From Tubiluchus corallicola (lineage: Eukaryota > Animalia > Priapulida), in NCBI GenBank assembly GCA_030141605.1, contig JAQGDQ010000072.1, positions 124,001 through 188,000 of the forward strand: DNA of 64,000 nt, read 5' to 3'. Both the position numbers and the translations under genes were made by a program. How positions within the stretch are numbered: position 1 is the first letter of the stretch; the number at the start of each line of letters is the position of its first letter. Below the pieces are notes generated by a model. The model was not told the origin of the DNA. It searched no databases and saw nothing but the letters and a program-made list of their open reading frames with translations. Positions 62,390 to 64,000 of this stretch are shown here, piece after piece.

Positions 62390-64000
62390 TTTATTCATTA
62401 ACACTCAATTAAAATTTACAAATAGTGCACAAACATATAACAATACAACATATTACATTACAACACAATAAAATATTACATTAAGAATAAATAAAATTTT
62501 TGAGCGATGGGGAGACACAAAAAGAAACACTGTTTACATGTGCGTTTTGTATTTGAGAAAATTATCGAGATCAGCTGAACACAATTTTTGCGGTATAATT
62601 TAAAATTTTGCTGCTGTCACAAGCGGAGAACCATTCACAGAATTTAGAAGTGAACTTCATAGCATATGTGAACAATTCGTTTTGAAATCTTGTCCAAACT
62701 GTTTTTAATTTGTTCTTTGTACAAATAATTTTAACGAATGGTTACTCCGCGTACGATCAGATGAAGCCCTAGTAAAAAACTTTTCAGCACTTTACTTCTT
62801 TATGAATGATTTTTAACACATACATAGGTCATTTTGAATTCGTTTTTCTTCTGTCGACTTTAAACGTCAAACTATTAGTCTGTCGGGGTATGAGATTCGA
62901 GCCATGCTACATCTAAAAAAGAGTTTACGTGTAAAATATCTTTGAACGCTCTCTACAATATCAATATCACCTAGCTGATATGGATGCCATTGTGGTGTAC
63001 AATATTTAACGATTGGTCCTACATGTTTTATACGCCCTAAGAAGAACGTCTTTATCATTTGTACTAAATATTCTAAAAATCGTATTAATTCTTCTGTTAG
63101 CTTTTAAGCTCACTTCAGTACAATGGACACTAGATTTTATGTTTGTGAAATGATCACGCACAACATTCACCGATTTAATTTCATTGTCTGAAACAAAATA
63201 GCTATTACGAGGATTATTTTTACCAATGTGAACATCACTACACTTTGGAATAGCTTTCTTTAATTGTCACATATTTGCCCATTAATAATACTATCTAATG
63301 CTCCCTGTATATCACATGACCCATCACACACAAGGTGTTGATACAATTTTACATCATCAGCAAAAAGCTTAAGATTTATAAGACTCACTCTTTCGAGGGA
63401 AATCATTGATGAAGAGCAAAAATAAACTGGTCCTCAAAACACTTCCTTGTGGTACACCTGACTTCTGACAGAAAACAAGCAATCCATTGTAACAGTGAAC
63501 CATGTATACCAAAGGACTGTAATTTGTGCAAAAGCTTTGTATGACTAATTGTATCAAAAGATTTTTTAAAGTCTATATAAATAATATCAGTATTTTTTCC
63601 AGATGTACTGCCAGGCTCTAGTCATACAAACATTCTAACAACTGCGAACATGCAGACTTGCCTGTCAGAAAACCATGTTCTTCACGAGATAAAAGATTTT
63701 TCATTCTCAGATATTTAATGACGTCTTCTGCAATAACCATCTCCACCAATTTACACGCTACACTAGTCAGTGATACTGGTCTGTAGTTGTTTGGATCAGA
63801 ACTCTTGCCTTTCTTGAATATTGGGCTTATATCTGCCAGTTTCCATGCTGCTGGTAAAGCACCATTCAACGAAAGACTTTCAAAAATAATTGATAGAGGT
63901 ACACATAATACACTGGCACGTTATTTTGTAAAATACAGCTGGGATTGCATCAGGAGTTCGACTTTTTTAGATTTTAACTACTTTACCATTTTCTTAATCA
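62390..64000 (-). pseudogene. Decayed CR1 RT to 3' end, same family as the 17095-22502 host
   Basis: WKLADISPIFKKG...NYRPVSLTS, SGVPQGSVL, FADDVKLY, YCTPQWHP. NGSPLVTA matches NGFPLVTA at ~22295. Confidence 0.9.

Overview
AT-rich eukaryotic DNA, most likely from an invertebrate animal (inferred from the transposon families). The window is almost entirely a nested graveyard of transposable elements, and I can support no host gene with confidence. The only long ORF (17483-20509, +) is a young CR1/L2-group non-LTR retrotransposon ORF2 (APE endonuclease plus RT). Upstream of it, in the same frame, is a PHD finger broken by a single TAG. This element sits inside an older CR1 copy. Around it are many decayed LINE fragments (CR1, L2, RTE, I/Jockey-like), DNA-transposon derivatives (hAT, Harbinger, Kolobok-like), LTR remnants (two with tRNA-Leu-type PBS), microsatellites and a dispersed 16-bp minisatellite family. 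The observations most worth testing are: a degenerate Penelope-type hammerhead inside a palindrome (14211-14356); a 24-nt LTR U5 motif conserved between two divergent LTRs and antisense to tRNA-like sequence; the PHD-APE-RT fusion; the TGGCGAAA arrays; and three independent insertions into the same 20-codon RT motif. I did not find a convincing new biological system. All family assignments come from motif recognition by eye, not database searches.
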